Source: Sminthopsis crassicaudata
Lineage: Eukaryota
Reading direction: 5' to 3'
Assembly: GCF_048593235.1 (NCBI RefSeq)
Contig: NC_133618.1
Span: forward strand, 514,743,675 to 514,807,674
DNA: 64,000 nucleotides
Positions 27,101 to 40,000 of the stretch are shown here, piece after piece (within the stretch, counting starts at the first letter, position 1; each line of letters opens with the position of its first letter). Below the pieces are notes generated by a model, which was given only the letters and a program-made list of their open reading frames with translations, was not told the DNA's origin and searched no databases. The position numbers and the translations under genes were made by a program.

Positions 27101-30100
27101 ATTCCCATTTCACTCAAAAAGGTAACTGAAAATTCAGAAAGGTGACAAGGTACTAAGAAGTAAGCATTATGACCTGAATTCATGTCTTCCTTTCTGCAAG
27201 TCCCATAGTTAATCCACAATATCATAATGTCTTTCAGTAAAGTAGAAAATAGACATAATTTGTCTATTTAATATATCCAGAATAAGCTTGAAATGCTGTG
27301 GTGTTCATCTCAAATTTCTGATGTGTACTTTCCTCAATCCAACTTATGTACACTACTAAAACTGAACAGAGTATGTTTATATGATGGAAAAAGAATAGAG
27401 GAAAAGACATAACTTCAGTGTAGTTTTCAATTGAGATGTAATAAATTTCTAAAACATTGTACTCTCTACAACTAAAAAACCAAACCCCAAAACAATAGCT
27501 AGCAAGTAGATTGGAGGGGAGATAGGTATTTTCTTGACTTATTGATTTGGGTGAGCTTTCTAGAAGGTTGTTAATAAAGGCAAGTGGAGAGAAGGCTGAA
27601 GGCTCTCTCAGATGGATGGAAGGCACACTGAAGAATAGGTGAGGGTATCTGGTGGGCTTCTCAGTGGTGAGGGCAATGAGAACTGAAGGGAGAAGACAAA
27701 GATGAGGGAATGCAAGCAGAGTAGAGGAAATAACAGAATGGATAAAATTCTGAATTACCAGACTTATTGAAAAGGTCCTTTATGGATTGAATTAGAAAGG
27801 GTCATACTCACCGGAGTCCCACATTATTGATGTCATCCCATATAGAGGCTGGGCACTCCCAGAATGGTTTCTTCATATGGGAAATGATGGCCTAAAAAGA
27901 ATGAAAAATGAAATGAGAAGTGGGAAAGGTAGATGATGGAGGAGGTGATGCATGTATGAGGGGGTAAAACTTGAAAGGTAGAAGAGTTTCAAGTATAAAG
28001 GGATAAGACAAGGGCTGATAGGGTCTAAGGGTGAATTGGAAGAGTCAAGCATGGAGTTAGAATATTTAAAAAAAAAAAAAGTGGAACAAACAGTAGGACA
28101 AGGAATCAAAAGAACAGGGGTGGGGGTAAGACGCTACCTTGACCCCAGCATAAGCATTGTTGACCAGTACATCCAATCTCCCATTTTGTTCTCTATCCAC
28201 CCTTTCAAACAGGCTCCGAACTTCATCTTCCTGGCTTGAGTCACAAACCACAGGCAGGCATTGACCCCCTCGGGATTGTGCCTGGGTAGAATGGATACAA
28301 GAGTCTCACATATCAGCAATCTCTGCCCCAGCATGGTATTTAGGTACAAATGACACCAGGTCCCTCCCTCCTTACTCAACTGGCCCTAGCTCCTCGTCCA
28401 GCAGATCTGGGTAAATGGAGTAAGGTTACCCCCAGGTGTTCATATAAGAAATTGCAGGGACAAAGAAAGGATTCTTGAGAATTCTAGGTTTCTTGAAGGG
28501 TAGGTACAATGAATTAATTGTATGGCTTACAGCTACAAATGGAATTATAGTTGCAATCTCACAGACACAGGGAATCTGATTTACCATTAGTACACTTTGA
28601 TTCCCCATGACAAAGCAGAAGCAAAAAACCTTTGAGAACCATTGTTCAAGGATCAATTATAAACTTATTTGTTATTTAAACATCTTTACAAACTGGTATC
28701 CTCTTACCTTTCCAACTTTATGATCTATAACCTTCTATGAATTTTACAGTCTCAACCAAACTGAATTTGCTATTCCTAACATGATAGATCACTTTGTCTT
28801 CTGGCGCTAACAATTCTTTTGCAGCTTTCATTACGATTTCTTGAGTTGCATTTGTCTAGCGCCTCCTCCCCCCCCAATCATAGTTTTCAAGGATACTACC
28901 CCCACCATGTTTCTTAAATTACATTTCCATGATCTATTTTGCAAATCAGTTAATTTTTTACATTAAATAAATTAGATTTTTCTATTCCTTGCTATCTTGG
29001 ATGAAATTGTTGGTTTCTGTTTAATCTAATTTTCAGAGAGCTTATTATTTGGATGATTTACCATTCTCCTAAACTATTTGTTCTCTATTCAATTTTTTCA
29101 AAAGCTTTAAATTTTTAAACTTCTTGTTTAATGTTTTATGGGCATTTATATGTAATTCTTCTAGAAAATCCATTTTGTTTTAGTTTCTCTCTCCTTTTTG
29201 AAAATCTCTAGATTTAAACACTGGGAAGTGAATGTAAATTGTTAGCACTAATATCTGTCTGCCCAGGTTGCATGTACCTTCGGATTCTAATGTTTATTGT
29301 GCAACAAGAAAATGATATTCACACACATGTATTGTACCTAGACTATATTGTAACACATGTAAAATGTATGGGATTGCCTGTCATTGGGGGGAGGGAATAG
29401 AGGGAGGGGGGGTAATTTGGAAAAATGAATACAAGGGATAATATTATAAAAAATATATATATAATAAAAAAAATTAAAAAAAAAGAAAATCTCTAGATTT
29501 GCGATAAATTAAAATTTTATTATATTTTAAGATTATATTTGTAAATATATATTTTCTTTGATTTATTCAAGAAACTCAGCTTTAGTTCCCCGATGGGCTT
29601 TTTGCCACAGCCAGGTCCTGTACCCAGCTGCACATTAGAGTGATATGGCTGGCCTGGAGTTGTGTATGGTCCTGTGCTGGCCTCCATCTTCTGAGTCAGG
29701 ATTCTATGAATGTTGAAGATTCCAAGCACTTGAGCTTCGAGATTCTAAGGACAGAGTGTGTGAGAAATCTCAAGCTCTAAGCCACAGTATATTGGTGATT
29801 GCTCACTGAATTGCTGTTCCTTGGAGCTTTGTGATCACTATGAATTCTTGATGAAACCTATTCTTGCCGACTATGGACACAGAGTTTTACAAGTCTGTAT
29901 TTGATCTATCTATAGTCCCACCAGGAAGCTCATAGCAGGACCCTTTATGCTTTGGGGCTTCAGACTGATTTCCTGTACAACTTCAGGATTTTGCTGGATT
30001 AAGTATGTGGGAGTTGGGCAGTCTACTTCCCATGCCAGCAATCATCTTCGCTTGAAGAATGAGACACTATCTCATTTGGAGAACCCATCAGCTCTTATGG

Positions 30101-32293
30101 GTTGATTATCTTTATAAAGATATTTAATTCAGCTTGAATCTCCTGACCATTAGTCTGATACCACTAATTGCCTAGTGGACATTTCAAATTTTATGTCTTA
30201 TAGGCATCAGACACAGAAGTCATTATCTATTTCAGTCATCTTCCTAAAGTAGAGGTCTGAGTATGTCTTTTTTTTGGTTGAGGCAATTGGGGTTAAGTGA
30301 CTTGCCCAGGGTCACACAGTTCGGAAGTGTTAAGTGTCTGAGGATGGATTTGAACCAGGTCCTCCCCACTTCAGGCTGGTGCTCTGTCCCACTGCGCCAC
30401 CTAGCGGCCCCATCTTTCTAATTCAATAAACTCCAGTGGTTCCCATTACCTCATGACCAAATATAAAATCTTGTATGACTTTTAAAGCCCCTAATAAACT
30501 GTACTCTTTCTACCTTTTTGGTCTTCTTATGCTTTATTTCACTCCACAATCCAACGACATACTATGAATGCTATGGAATACTATTGTTCTGTAAGAAACA
30601 ACCAGCAGGTTTCAGAGACCCCTGGAGAGACTGACATGAACTGATGCTGAGTGACATGAGCATAACCGGGAGATTATACATGGCAACAAGGCTATAAGAC
30701 GATCAATTCTGATGGATGTGGCTCTCTTCAACAATGAAATGATTCAAACCAGTTCCACTTATGCAGTGATGAAGAAAGCCATGTACGCTCAGAGAGAGGA
30801 CTGTGGGAACTATGGAACACAACATAGCATTCTCACTTTCTGTTGTTATTTGATTACATTTTGCTTTCTTTTTCTTCCTTCTTGATCTGATTTTGCTCAT
30901 GCAACAAGATAACTGTATAAATATGTATACACATATTGGATCTAACACATATTTCAACATATTTAACATGTACTGGACTACCTGCCAGCTGGGGAGGAGG
31001 TGGGGGGGAAGGAGGGGAAAATTTGGAACAGAAGGTTTTGCACTTTTCAATGCTGGAAAATTACCCATGCATATACTTTGTAAATAAAAAGCTTTAATAA
31101 AGAAAAGAAAAAAAAAACAATCCAATGACATACTTTCTTGCTGCTTTTCACACATGGTATTTCATCTCTGACTGCTTTTACCTTGCAATGCTCTCTCCTC
31201 CTCTGCTCAAATCCCGCCTTCTGCAAGAAGTGCTCCTGGTCTCCCTTATTGCTGATGCCTTTCCTCTGAGATTAATCCCCATTTACATCGCGTATATCTT
31301 GTATGGGCATGTATCTTGTACGTTGTCTTCCCCATTGAGGCTAGGGACTGTTTCTGCCTTTCTTTGGCTCTACAGCACTTAGCATAATTCCTGGCACAGA
31401 ATACATGTCTGTTGACTCCAATCTATCCTCAATTCAGCACCAGTGATTTTCCTAAAGAGAATGTCCAGCAACGCCATCCTCTCCTGCCCACTACGTATAC
31501 TCCCTGTTATATTTAGAATGAAAAATGAAGTATTCTAGTATTGTCCCAAAAGGATCTAGTGGCCTGGGCCTGCCCAAACCGGGACTCATTATGCTTGAAA
31601 GGAAACTAGAGTATTTCAGGAATGGAAGAAAAGAACTTTCAACCACCAAGAGCTGTGAATGACCTCTTTAACCACGCGTACTCCACACCTGAGCACACTC
31701 TGCCATAGACACTGTTATATGTTTTTGTGGGAGAACGTGGGGGAAAAGGGACTTGTACGTTTTTGTGTCGTTGCTGGGATACTTTATTAAAGTTCTAGAA
31801 GCTCTTTAAGGCTGCTTGAATCCCGATTCTCAGCGGACAATTGAGGACGGGAAGAGCATGTCAATACTACTCTCCACCCCATGCACACGGCTGGGTAGTA
31901 GATACAGAACCTAACATTAGACGGGACCGTGCGTGGGGTGCGGGACTTATCTGTGAGAGTGACAGTTGGGACAGGGTCCTAAGGACTCATACGGCTTCGG
32001 CGCCTGCTGTAGCCCCGACGGCGGTTCCCGGTTTGCTTTTTCACTTTAATTCTCCTCTGCCAAGTGTCCGCTTGTCTGACTGAACGGCACTTTGGAAAAT
32101 AAGTTTACGCTTCTGACGCAAAAGGTGGTGGTGGAGCGCTCACCTCCCGGGCGGCGGCCTGCAGGGTGTCCTGGTTTCGGCCGGTGATGTAGACGGTGGC
32201 TCCGGCCTCGCAGAGCTGCAAGGCGATGCCCCGGCCGATGCCCCGGGAGGCTCCCGTGACCACGCACACTTGGCCCTGCAGGGGGCCTAACAT
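24103..32293 (-). CDS. DHRS1: Dehydrogenase/reductase SDR family member 1, 8 coding exons, 310 aa
   Basis: Exons (minus strand): 32144-32293, 28138-28281, 27812-27891, 26290-26422, 25751-25888, 24900-24969, 24473-24553, 24103-24239. All introns are GT-AG, phases are consistent, total 933 nt. Has the TGASRGIGRG Rossmann motif, NNAY, catalytic YGVGK, and C-terminus IPKWIMVLYSSKF matching recalled DHRS1. Confidence 0.97.
25206..25385. mobile_element. hAT/Charlie-derived MITE
   Basis: Imperfect TIRs CAAAGCTTCTTAAACT / AGTTTGGGAAGTTCTG and 8-bp TSD TTCTAGAT / TTCTAGAA. Shares subterminal sequence with 10180-10284. Confidence 0.75.
26597..26777. mobile_element. hAT/Charlie-derived MITE (second copy)
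   Basis: Begins CAGGGCTTCTTAAACTTTTT and shares AAATTTTTACATGAC...AATCAAACATTTACTGA with the copy at 25206. Confidence 0.7.
28780..30170 (-). mobile_element. Old L1 5'/ORF1 region (host of the young L1 at 29216-29484)
   Basis: Resembles antisense marsupial L1 ORF1. Boundaries approximate. Confidence 0.45.
29216..29484 (+). mobile_element. Young 5'-truncated L1 3' end in a DHRS1 intron
   Basis: Same 3'UTR family as 17385-17996, with an A-rich tail and a perfect 16-bp TSD GAAAATCTCTAGATTT (29200-29215, 29485-29500). Confidence 0.9.
30268..30411 (-). mobile_element. WSINE1-like SINE
   Basis: T tail followed by GAGGCAATTGGGGTTAAGTGACTTGCCCAGGG...GCGCCACCTAGCGGCCCC, with CpGs retained. Confidence 0.88.
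30564..31116 (+). mobile_element. 5'-truncated L1 3' end inserted into an L2
   Basis: ORF2 end (MEYYCSVRN), 3'UTR and polyA, with an 18-bp TSD ACAATCCAA(C/T)GACATACT at 30546-30563 and 31117-31134. Confidence 0.88.
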
Positions 32294-34030
32294 GCTGACG
32301 GAGAAAGTTTACCTGCGGAAGTAAAGCAACGGAATGCACCGACCGCTGCAGGGGCGCCGGGGAAAACAGACTGGGGAGGAAGGGCAAAGGCAGGGCTGGG
32401 AGGCCGGGGGTGGGCAGAGGGACAGAGGCGCAGGGCTGAGCACCCCTCCCCCCCTTCCTCGAGAGGCTCGCGCACAGGGAGCACTAGACTCGCTCTCCGC
32501 GCCGCGCTACGCACAGCTCCGAGCTGCCCCGGAGCCAGAGCCCCTGGGAGGAAGAGCTGCTCGCTCCGGCCAGCACCTAAGCTGGAGCCGAATGCGGGTC
32601 ACGTGGCCGCAGCCGGCAGGCTCAGCTCCCGGGGCGGGGGGAAGTCGTGGAAACTGCCTGTCCGTAACCAAAGCACGCAGCCTCAACGCCCAAAGGTGTG
32701 CGGGAGTTAAGAGTACGGTACCTCGAGCCCAGACAGACGAAAGCGCCACGGCGTCAGCTGCGCTTCCAAAACCCGCGAATCCCAGTCCCAGAAAGTAGCA
32801 TGCGGGGGCAGGGCTCATCCGGGACTATATGCGCACACCCCCTGCTGCGCGCGCAGCCTGATCCCGTGCGCGCCTCCTCGAGCGCTTGTGGAGGGATCTT
32901 TAGTCTTATTTCAAAACACCTAAGACCCTGGCCCGAGGAGGGCGTGTGTGGCGGGCGGGGCCCAGCCCAGGAAGACGATCCTTTCCTCCGGGGAGGCGCC
33001 CGGCGCGGAGCAATGACGGAAGCACCGCGGCGCCGCGCAGCAGCAGGGAGGGAACGAGTCCGGGAGCCTCCTCCGAGCTGGGACCGCGACGTTCGAGGGG
33101 CCGTGGCCGGGGTTCGAGGGCCGCCTCTGCTTGTGCGCCCATGGGGGTGCGCCCACATTTTCCCCCGAAGACGGGGCGTCGGCGGCCCGGCGGAGGTGGC
33201 AGAGGCCGGACGCGGTCCGAGCAGGGCCGTGATCCTCACCCTCGACCGGCTCCCGAGCTGCATCCCCGGCCGGCCCCCGAGTCTCTGACTTACTTTCGCC
33301 GGGCCTTGGAGGCGCTGAAGGAGGCTCCGGAGCATGGGGAGGAGCGCGGTACGATCTGCGGTCGTAGCGGGGGCGGGCGTGGGGTCAGCGAGCCTGCAGG
33401 GGGGCTCGGCCGGGGGGGGGGGCGGGGCCCTGTGTTCCCCGGGGATAAGACTAACCTGTGGAAGAGCGAGGAAAGGAGTGCGGTACGGGCCCTGACCGGG
33501 GAAAGGCGCTCGTGCGCCCGTAGTGCCGTCCTTATCGTGTCTCCGGGAAACAGAAAAAATAGTCTGCGTTTGTGTTTGTGTTTATCTAGAGCTTTTGATT
33601 CGGAACGTGCTGAAGGAGTTGGAGCCGCAGGCGCAGGCTCTGGCCACGGACAGGGCGGGCAGCGGGATGCTGCAGGAGCTCCTGTCGTGCAGCCCCCCGG
33701 GGCCTCTGGGCCGGTTGCTGGCCGCTCTCTTGCCTCACCTGCGCTCCGTGGCTTGTCACCGCAGCGGGGCTCACGTGTTGCAGAGTGCGCTGCTGCAGCT
33801 GCCCCGATTCCCGGGGGCTCTGGCCGAGAAGGAGGAGGGAGATGTAATGGAAGGAGACCGAGCGACTCTGGAGGAGCTGGTGCTCAAGCTGGCATCGGAG
33901 GTTCGCGATGCCTTAGTCCTGTACAGCGGAGACACCCACGGCAGCTTCGTGGTCAGGACTCTGCTACAGGTGTTAGGGGGGGCAGTGTTGGAGTCCGAGA
34001 TAGCCAGACCGCGGGCTCCCCAGTCACTCG
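31840..34030. promoter_or_regulatory. CpG island / bidirectional promoter of DHRS1 and NOP9
   Basis: Abrupt rise in GC and CpG density over both first coding exons. Contains an E-box GTCACGTGGC at 32598-32607, an NRF1-like TGCGCGCGCA at 32846-32855, and a GC box near 32950. Confidence 0.85.
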
Positions 34031-37000
34031 GTGAGTTCTGGGGGGGAGGTGATTTATACTGCTCCCCCAAATCTGTGTTATTTTCTTTCAGTGGAGCTCG
34101 TGTTTGTTCATTTGTGGGAATTCACACTTCTGGGAAGCAGCTCCCTGTTTTCTGAAAGCATGCTTTCCTTATTTCAGAAGGGCAGCGGGTCCCAGGTCGG
34201 GAATGGAAGCCAGCCAGTTTTGAGGTTCCTGAAACCTTCTTGAGCTGCTTAGAAGAACTGAGTTCCTGTTTTCTGAAGGATATTTCTGGTGAGGGTCAGG
34301 GAGGGGCAGAACCAGGGAACATGTTTGGGGGAGGGGTGAGCATGAACGGAGAAGGGGGAGGTACTGCCCATTTCCTTGATGGGATTTATCCAAGTAGCAG
34401 CTGTGGCTCTCCCTGAAGTCCTCATTTTCATTTCTTACTCTGTTTCTTTTTGAGGAATGAGTGGGCAAGGCAGTGTCAGAGAATTATGTATGTTACTGTT
34501 CTTTCTCACAGTGTTCGTTACTGACAGAGTTTCCAGCTTCTGCCTCCAAGTAGCGCTGCAGGTACTGCATCAGAAGCTTCCCCAGGCTTGTGCTCGTCTT
34601 TGTGATTCTGTAATCAAATACCTGAGCACTCGGAACTCTGCAGCTGATGGCAGGTGAGAGGAGAGCTTCTAGTCTTCACAAGTCGGTCAGAATGAGTTGT
34701 GCTACACAGAATTAATTTGCATTTATTGTGATTTCTCTGCTCTGTAGCCCCTTGCTGCTGTTTCTACGGGACCAGACCAGCTCCAGACTACTAGAGCAGG
34801 TATTGCTGGTGTCAGAACCTCCATGGCTACAGACCCTCTTTGAGAATCACTTTCAGGGGCAGCTACAAGCTCTGGCATCACATCCAATCGCCAACTTCCC
34901 CTTGCAACGTCTGCTTGATGCCGTTACCACCCCCCAGTTGGTAAGTGTAGTGGGATAAAGAACAGGGAAGAGAGAACCTGGAGAGTCGGCTTAAGGAGAT
35001 GAAGTTGGGAAAAAAAAAAAAGTTGAATTATAATTGAGAAGTGGTCAGTGATTCGTTCCATGTTATTTTTCACCCTCAGCTGTCCCAAGTGTTTGAGGAG
35101 TTGAGTCCTGCCCTCGAAGCTATACTGGCACAAGGCCATACCGGTGTAATTATTGCCTTGGTGGGTGCCTGTCGTAGAGTGGGGACTCATCAGGCTCAGA
35201 TTCTACAGTTGCTTCTGGAGGTGAGTGAGCCCCGAGATCTCTGTCATTTTCCTTTTTCAGATCACCACTTCTCTTTTCTTACCCATATTTATTTCTTCCT
35301 CTCTTGTCTGCAACTTCTCTCCCTTTCCCCACTTTTCTGTGGGATTATGTCTAGTTTTTCCACATACTTCAGATACTTGAAAATAGTGTGATTCTCCTAA
35401 ATTTTTTCTGCTAAATAGTGAATTCTCAGATAGTATCTTCTTTGTTTTCTTTGCTATATTGTTCACCCTCTAGATAATGAAGACGGCTTAAAACTGGAGT
35501 TTATAAACTTGTTTTAAAAGAAATAACTTTCAATATAATTGATTTTTTTTTGTAATTCTACGTATTCTATATTATGCATTTAAAAATATTTTTCTGAGAA
35601 GAGATCTGTTTAACAAGCATGCAATTTATCACATCCAAATCACAGATAATGTTGACCAATGCCAAGCCAAGGATAGAACCTTTGGATGCTCTATGAGGAT
35701 AAATGGGCTTCAAATCCTTTATCAAATTGTCTGCAAGAGCAGTTCTCAAAAATTTTGATCTTAGGATACCTTGACATGCCTAAAAATTGAAGACCCACCC
35801 ATAAAGCTTATGTGAATTATATTGATATTTCCTTCGTTAGAAATGAAAACATCTCAATATTACTATGAAAGTAATTTTGTCTTGAAGACGTCATGAAATA
35901 CTCTCAGAGACCCTCACCTGGCCCATTCTTTGAAAGCCAGTGGTCTATACCATTCACCTGATAAATGATTCTTTTTCTCCTATTTAAAAATGAAATAACA
36001 TAATGAAATAACATCATCTATTCTTGGATATAGCCATCCTGGCATTTAGTGATTTCCCTACCTAACTGCTCATAATCCACTCATTTAATAATACATTTTA
36101 GAATTTTGTCATTTCCTGGCATATAATTTGTAGATTTCACTTTCTAACCTTTTTCTTCCTTTGCTAAATCATGATATTGACCCTTCTCTGGGTACTTATT
36201 ATACATTTTCATTCCCATAATCTTTGAAGTGTCGCATCTGCTGGTCCTGTCATTAGTCTCAGATATGGTTCATCTTAATTTGGTCATATGAACTTATTAA
36301 TAAGAGTTCACTATTTGCTTCCTTTATCTTCCATTCTCTATTCTCCATGAGTAATTATTGTCCTGTTCTCTTCGTTCAGAGATCTTTCTTTTTTTGGAAG
36401 GGAAAACAAAAATAAAGTAAAAGTTGAGTAGTTTCTGTCCTTTATTGCCCATTCCTTATCACACCACGTCTTCCTTGTTTTATCTTCCTCCTTCCCTCCA
36501 ACATAACTAAAAACAAAGCTTTATTTTGTTGCTCTCAGCATTTCTCTGCAACCACCTCAGTTTTTATTATGGACTTTATTGCTTCTTGTAGTCTTCTTTA
36601 CCTACTTTTGTTCAACTGCCTGTTCATGAAGCAGTGCCTGACACATAGGTACTTAATAAAAGCTTAATGATTGATTCTTTACATTTTTTTTTATAACAAT
36701 GGCTATTTATTTTTCAAAATACATGCAAAATGTAGATAGTTTTCAACATTCACCCTTACAAAACCTTGTGTTCAAATTTTTTTTCTCCCTCCCCTAGATA
36801 GCAAGTAATCCAACACATGTTAAACATGCGCAATTCTTCTAAACATATTTCCACATTTATCATGCTGCCCAAGAAAAATCAGCTCAAAAGGGGAAAAAAA
36901 TGAGAAGAAAAAACACAAGCAAGCAAATAACAGCAAAAGGTGAAAATACCATGTTGTGATTCACATTTAGTCCCCATTCTCTCTGGGTGCAGATGGTTCT

Positions 37001-40000
37001 CTCTATTGTAAATCTGTTGGAATTGGCCTGAATAACCTCATTGTTGAAAAGAGCCCCATCCATCACAGTTGATCATCATATAATCTTGTTGCAGTGTACA
37101 GTGTTGTCCTGGTTCTACTCATTTTACTTAGCATCAGTTCATGTAAGTCTCTCCAGACCTTTCTGAAATCATCCTGCTAGTCATTTCTTATAGAACAATA
37201 ATATTCCTTTACATTCATAAACCATAACTTATTCAGCCATTCTCCAGCTTGTGGGCATCCACTCAGTTTCTAGTGCCTTGCTACTACAAAAAAGGCTGCT
37301 ATATTTTTGCACATGTGGGTCTTTTTTTTCCTTTTTTATGGAATCTGAGTTACTCAGAGACACTGCTGGATCAAAGAGAATGATAATTGATTCTTTAAAA
37401 AAAAAATCTAAGTTGTTTGGTGATTGTTTCTTTGAAATCACAATATTTTTAGACAGTTTCCTTTTTTTTTTTTTTTTTTTAAGAATAATTTCTTTTTTTC
37501 TTTAGAATTTTATTTGTAATAACTAACTTCCCCACCCTTCTCTGACTTTTTCTACAGAATTTTCATGTTAATTTCTGCCTATTCTTTTTTTTTTGGTAAA
37601 TATTTATTTTATTTATAGAACTCAAAATGTACTTACTTTCACTAAAAATAATATTTTAATCGGAGTCATGATTGAAAGTATTTTTTTAAATCGTGATTTA
37701 ACAATTTGCAGTATAATTATTCAGTAGTCAGGTTCTCAGTTTAGAGCATTTTGATACTTTAAAAAAGTTTATTTAGTATTTTATTTTTCCCCAGTTACAT
37801 GTAAAAACAAAACTTGATGTTTGTTTTTAAAATTTTGAGTTCCAAATTCTCTCCCTTCCCCCTCCTGACTCCTAATTTTTTCTTTGAATCTTTTAAAATA
37901 TAATTACCTCAAATCAAGGATATGTTTAATTTTTCTTTCTTATTCCAAATTGCTCTTTAAAATAGTTGTGCTGATTTTAAAACTCCATTAACAGTGTACC
38001 AATGTGTCTATTTTCCCATGTCTCTGACATCGACTACTGCTCTGTTTTGTTGAATTTAACAATATGCTCAGTATAAAATGAAATTTCATTGTTTTGATCT
38101 GCATTTCTCTTGTTATTAGTGATTTAGAATATTCTTGTGATTGTCAAGATTTTGAAATTCTTTTTCTGAGAATTATTTGTTCATATCCTTTCACCACTTA
38201 GCTTGTGAGAATTGAGCCGTAGAGTTTTAATCTTGACATTCTTTGATATTTTCTTGGGTTTCTCTTTTCTGACATTCTTTCCATGTTATTAAGTACTCTG
38301 GCTTTGATACTTGATTTGGCAGCAGTTTAAAGCCCTTTTGATCAGATTTGAAAGACTTTGAAGTAAATATACTTAAGCTCTCATATTCTCTTATGAGAAT
38401 ACATTCTATTCCTAGTCAGAGCCCATCAGTGATATACTTTACATTAATCTTTTTCTTTATTATTATATTTTAAATCATGATTTAGAAATCCATCTATATG
38501 GATTCTCATTCTCTTAGTCAGCTGTTCATTTCCTAGATCTTACGTATTTACAGTCCATAGTAGTGATGAAAACTCCTTACACCCCTAAGGTCTTCAGTGT
38601 CTTGCTCAGAATTTCATAATTATCAGTGCTTTCTAGTTTGCTTTTGGCACAATCATTTTATTCTCCTATGAGGCACTCTGAGTAGGAAAGGTCATAAGTT
38701 TAACAAATGCTGGGAGTTTCTCAATTGTCCAGGGTCCATGCCCTAGAGAGCTAACAGATTTCTTCACTGGCTTCTTCTGGCTATTACTACATGATCTCTT
38801 TCCTAATGGCATCTGTGGTTCCACATCATCTCTTAATGGAACACAAGCTCCCCCTTTCTGGAAATTTCCAACTTTTCCTTCTTCTGCAGGAATAGCATTG
38901 TATTTGTTATTTAGCCCTAGATGTTCCAATGGCCATTCTTTCCTCCCTTCTCCTGTGTCACATATTTTGAACTTCCAGCCTTTTGATAGGTTTAAGATTC
39001 TACTCTACTCCCCTCTATTTCTTGAGTCTTTTTGTTCTTTTTTGTTTAGTTTTATTATGGAATTAGTCTTCTTTTAAAACAAAGGTCAAGATTTGTTCCT
39101 TTAGCCTTTTATCTCCATTAAAACAGACACCAATTTGTACCTGAGTTCCTTGGTAGTGGTAGTAAGGCTTTTGCACAGGCTGTTGTCCACATGTGAAAGG
39201 CCTTGCTTCCTTGACACTCTTTCTTAGAACTTATAAAGGATAAGGACTGCACCTGTGATTTTATTGTTACAGGGAACTTTCCAAAGAGGAAACTCACCAC
39301 CAGTACCATTGGGTGTCTCCTTAGTCCAGGAGTCCTGAATGTTAAATTAATATCTATCAAGATATTAATGAGAGGTGAGGTGAGGTGAGACTTGAACCTG
39401 GAATCTTTCTGGTTTAGAAGCTAGTTTTCTATCCATTAGGGATTGTTGGTTTTGGTTGTTTGATTGTTGGTTGGTTTTGCTATTTTTGCTGGCTGCTTTA
39501 AGCCAAGGCTTATTTGATTGACAATTAGCATATTCCTGCCAAGTTTTAATGTAGAGAGAACCAACTCTCAGATTCCTCAAGGAATTTTATTATTATTGAT
39601 GCTGTATCTAAATCTTTATTACCCTCCCCTATTCCCACTTTATTTTCTTCTCCATGTCTAGTTCTTCTGATACCTAGATACATCTATGTGCTTCTCTGGC
39701 AGTTTTGCTTTCTAAATTCTCTTTGCAGGGATTCTTAATTCTTTTTGTGTCATGGGCCCCTTTAGCATTCTGGTAGTCTATAGACCTCTTCTCATAATAT
39801 TTTAAATGCATAAAAAAGTTCACGAAATTTAGGTTAAGAAATCCTGCCTTAAAGTGTGTGGAGAAAGTTCAGATCCCTATTTCTTCATACCTACAGGCAT
39901 TCCATTGTGCAGAACCCCCTTCCCGGCAGGTGGCATGTGTACCCCTCTTTGGCTCCCTGACAGCCTATGAGGTGTACTATGAACTAGAAGAAGAGGATGT

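Noticed and set aside
32046-34034. Many long overlapping ORFs in the DHRS1/NOP9 CpG island, including the 362-aa ORF 32946-34034
   Set aside because: These are stop-depleted GC-rich sequence. Only the segments matching DHRS1 and NOP9 exons are supported.
34171-34180. NAGNAG (CAG AAG) at the NOP9 exon 3 acceptor
   Set aside because: This is a common configuration. The distal AAG is weak and would remove only one Glu.
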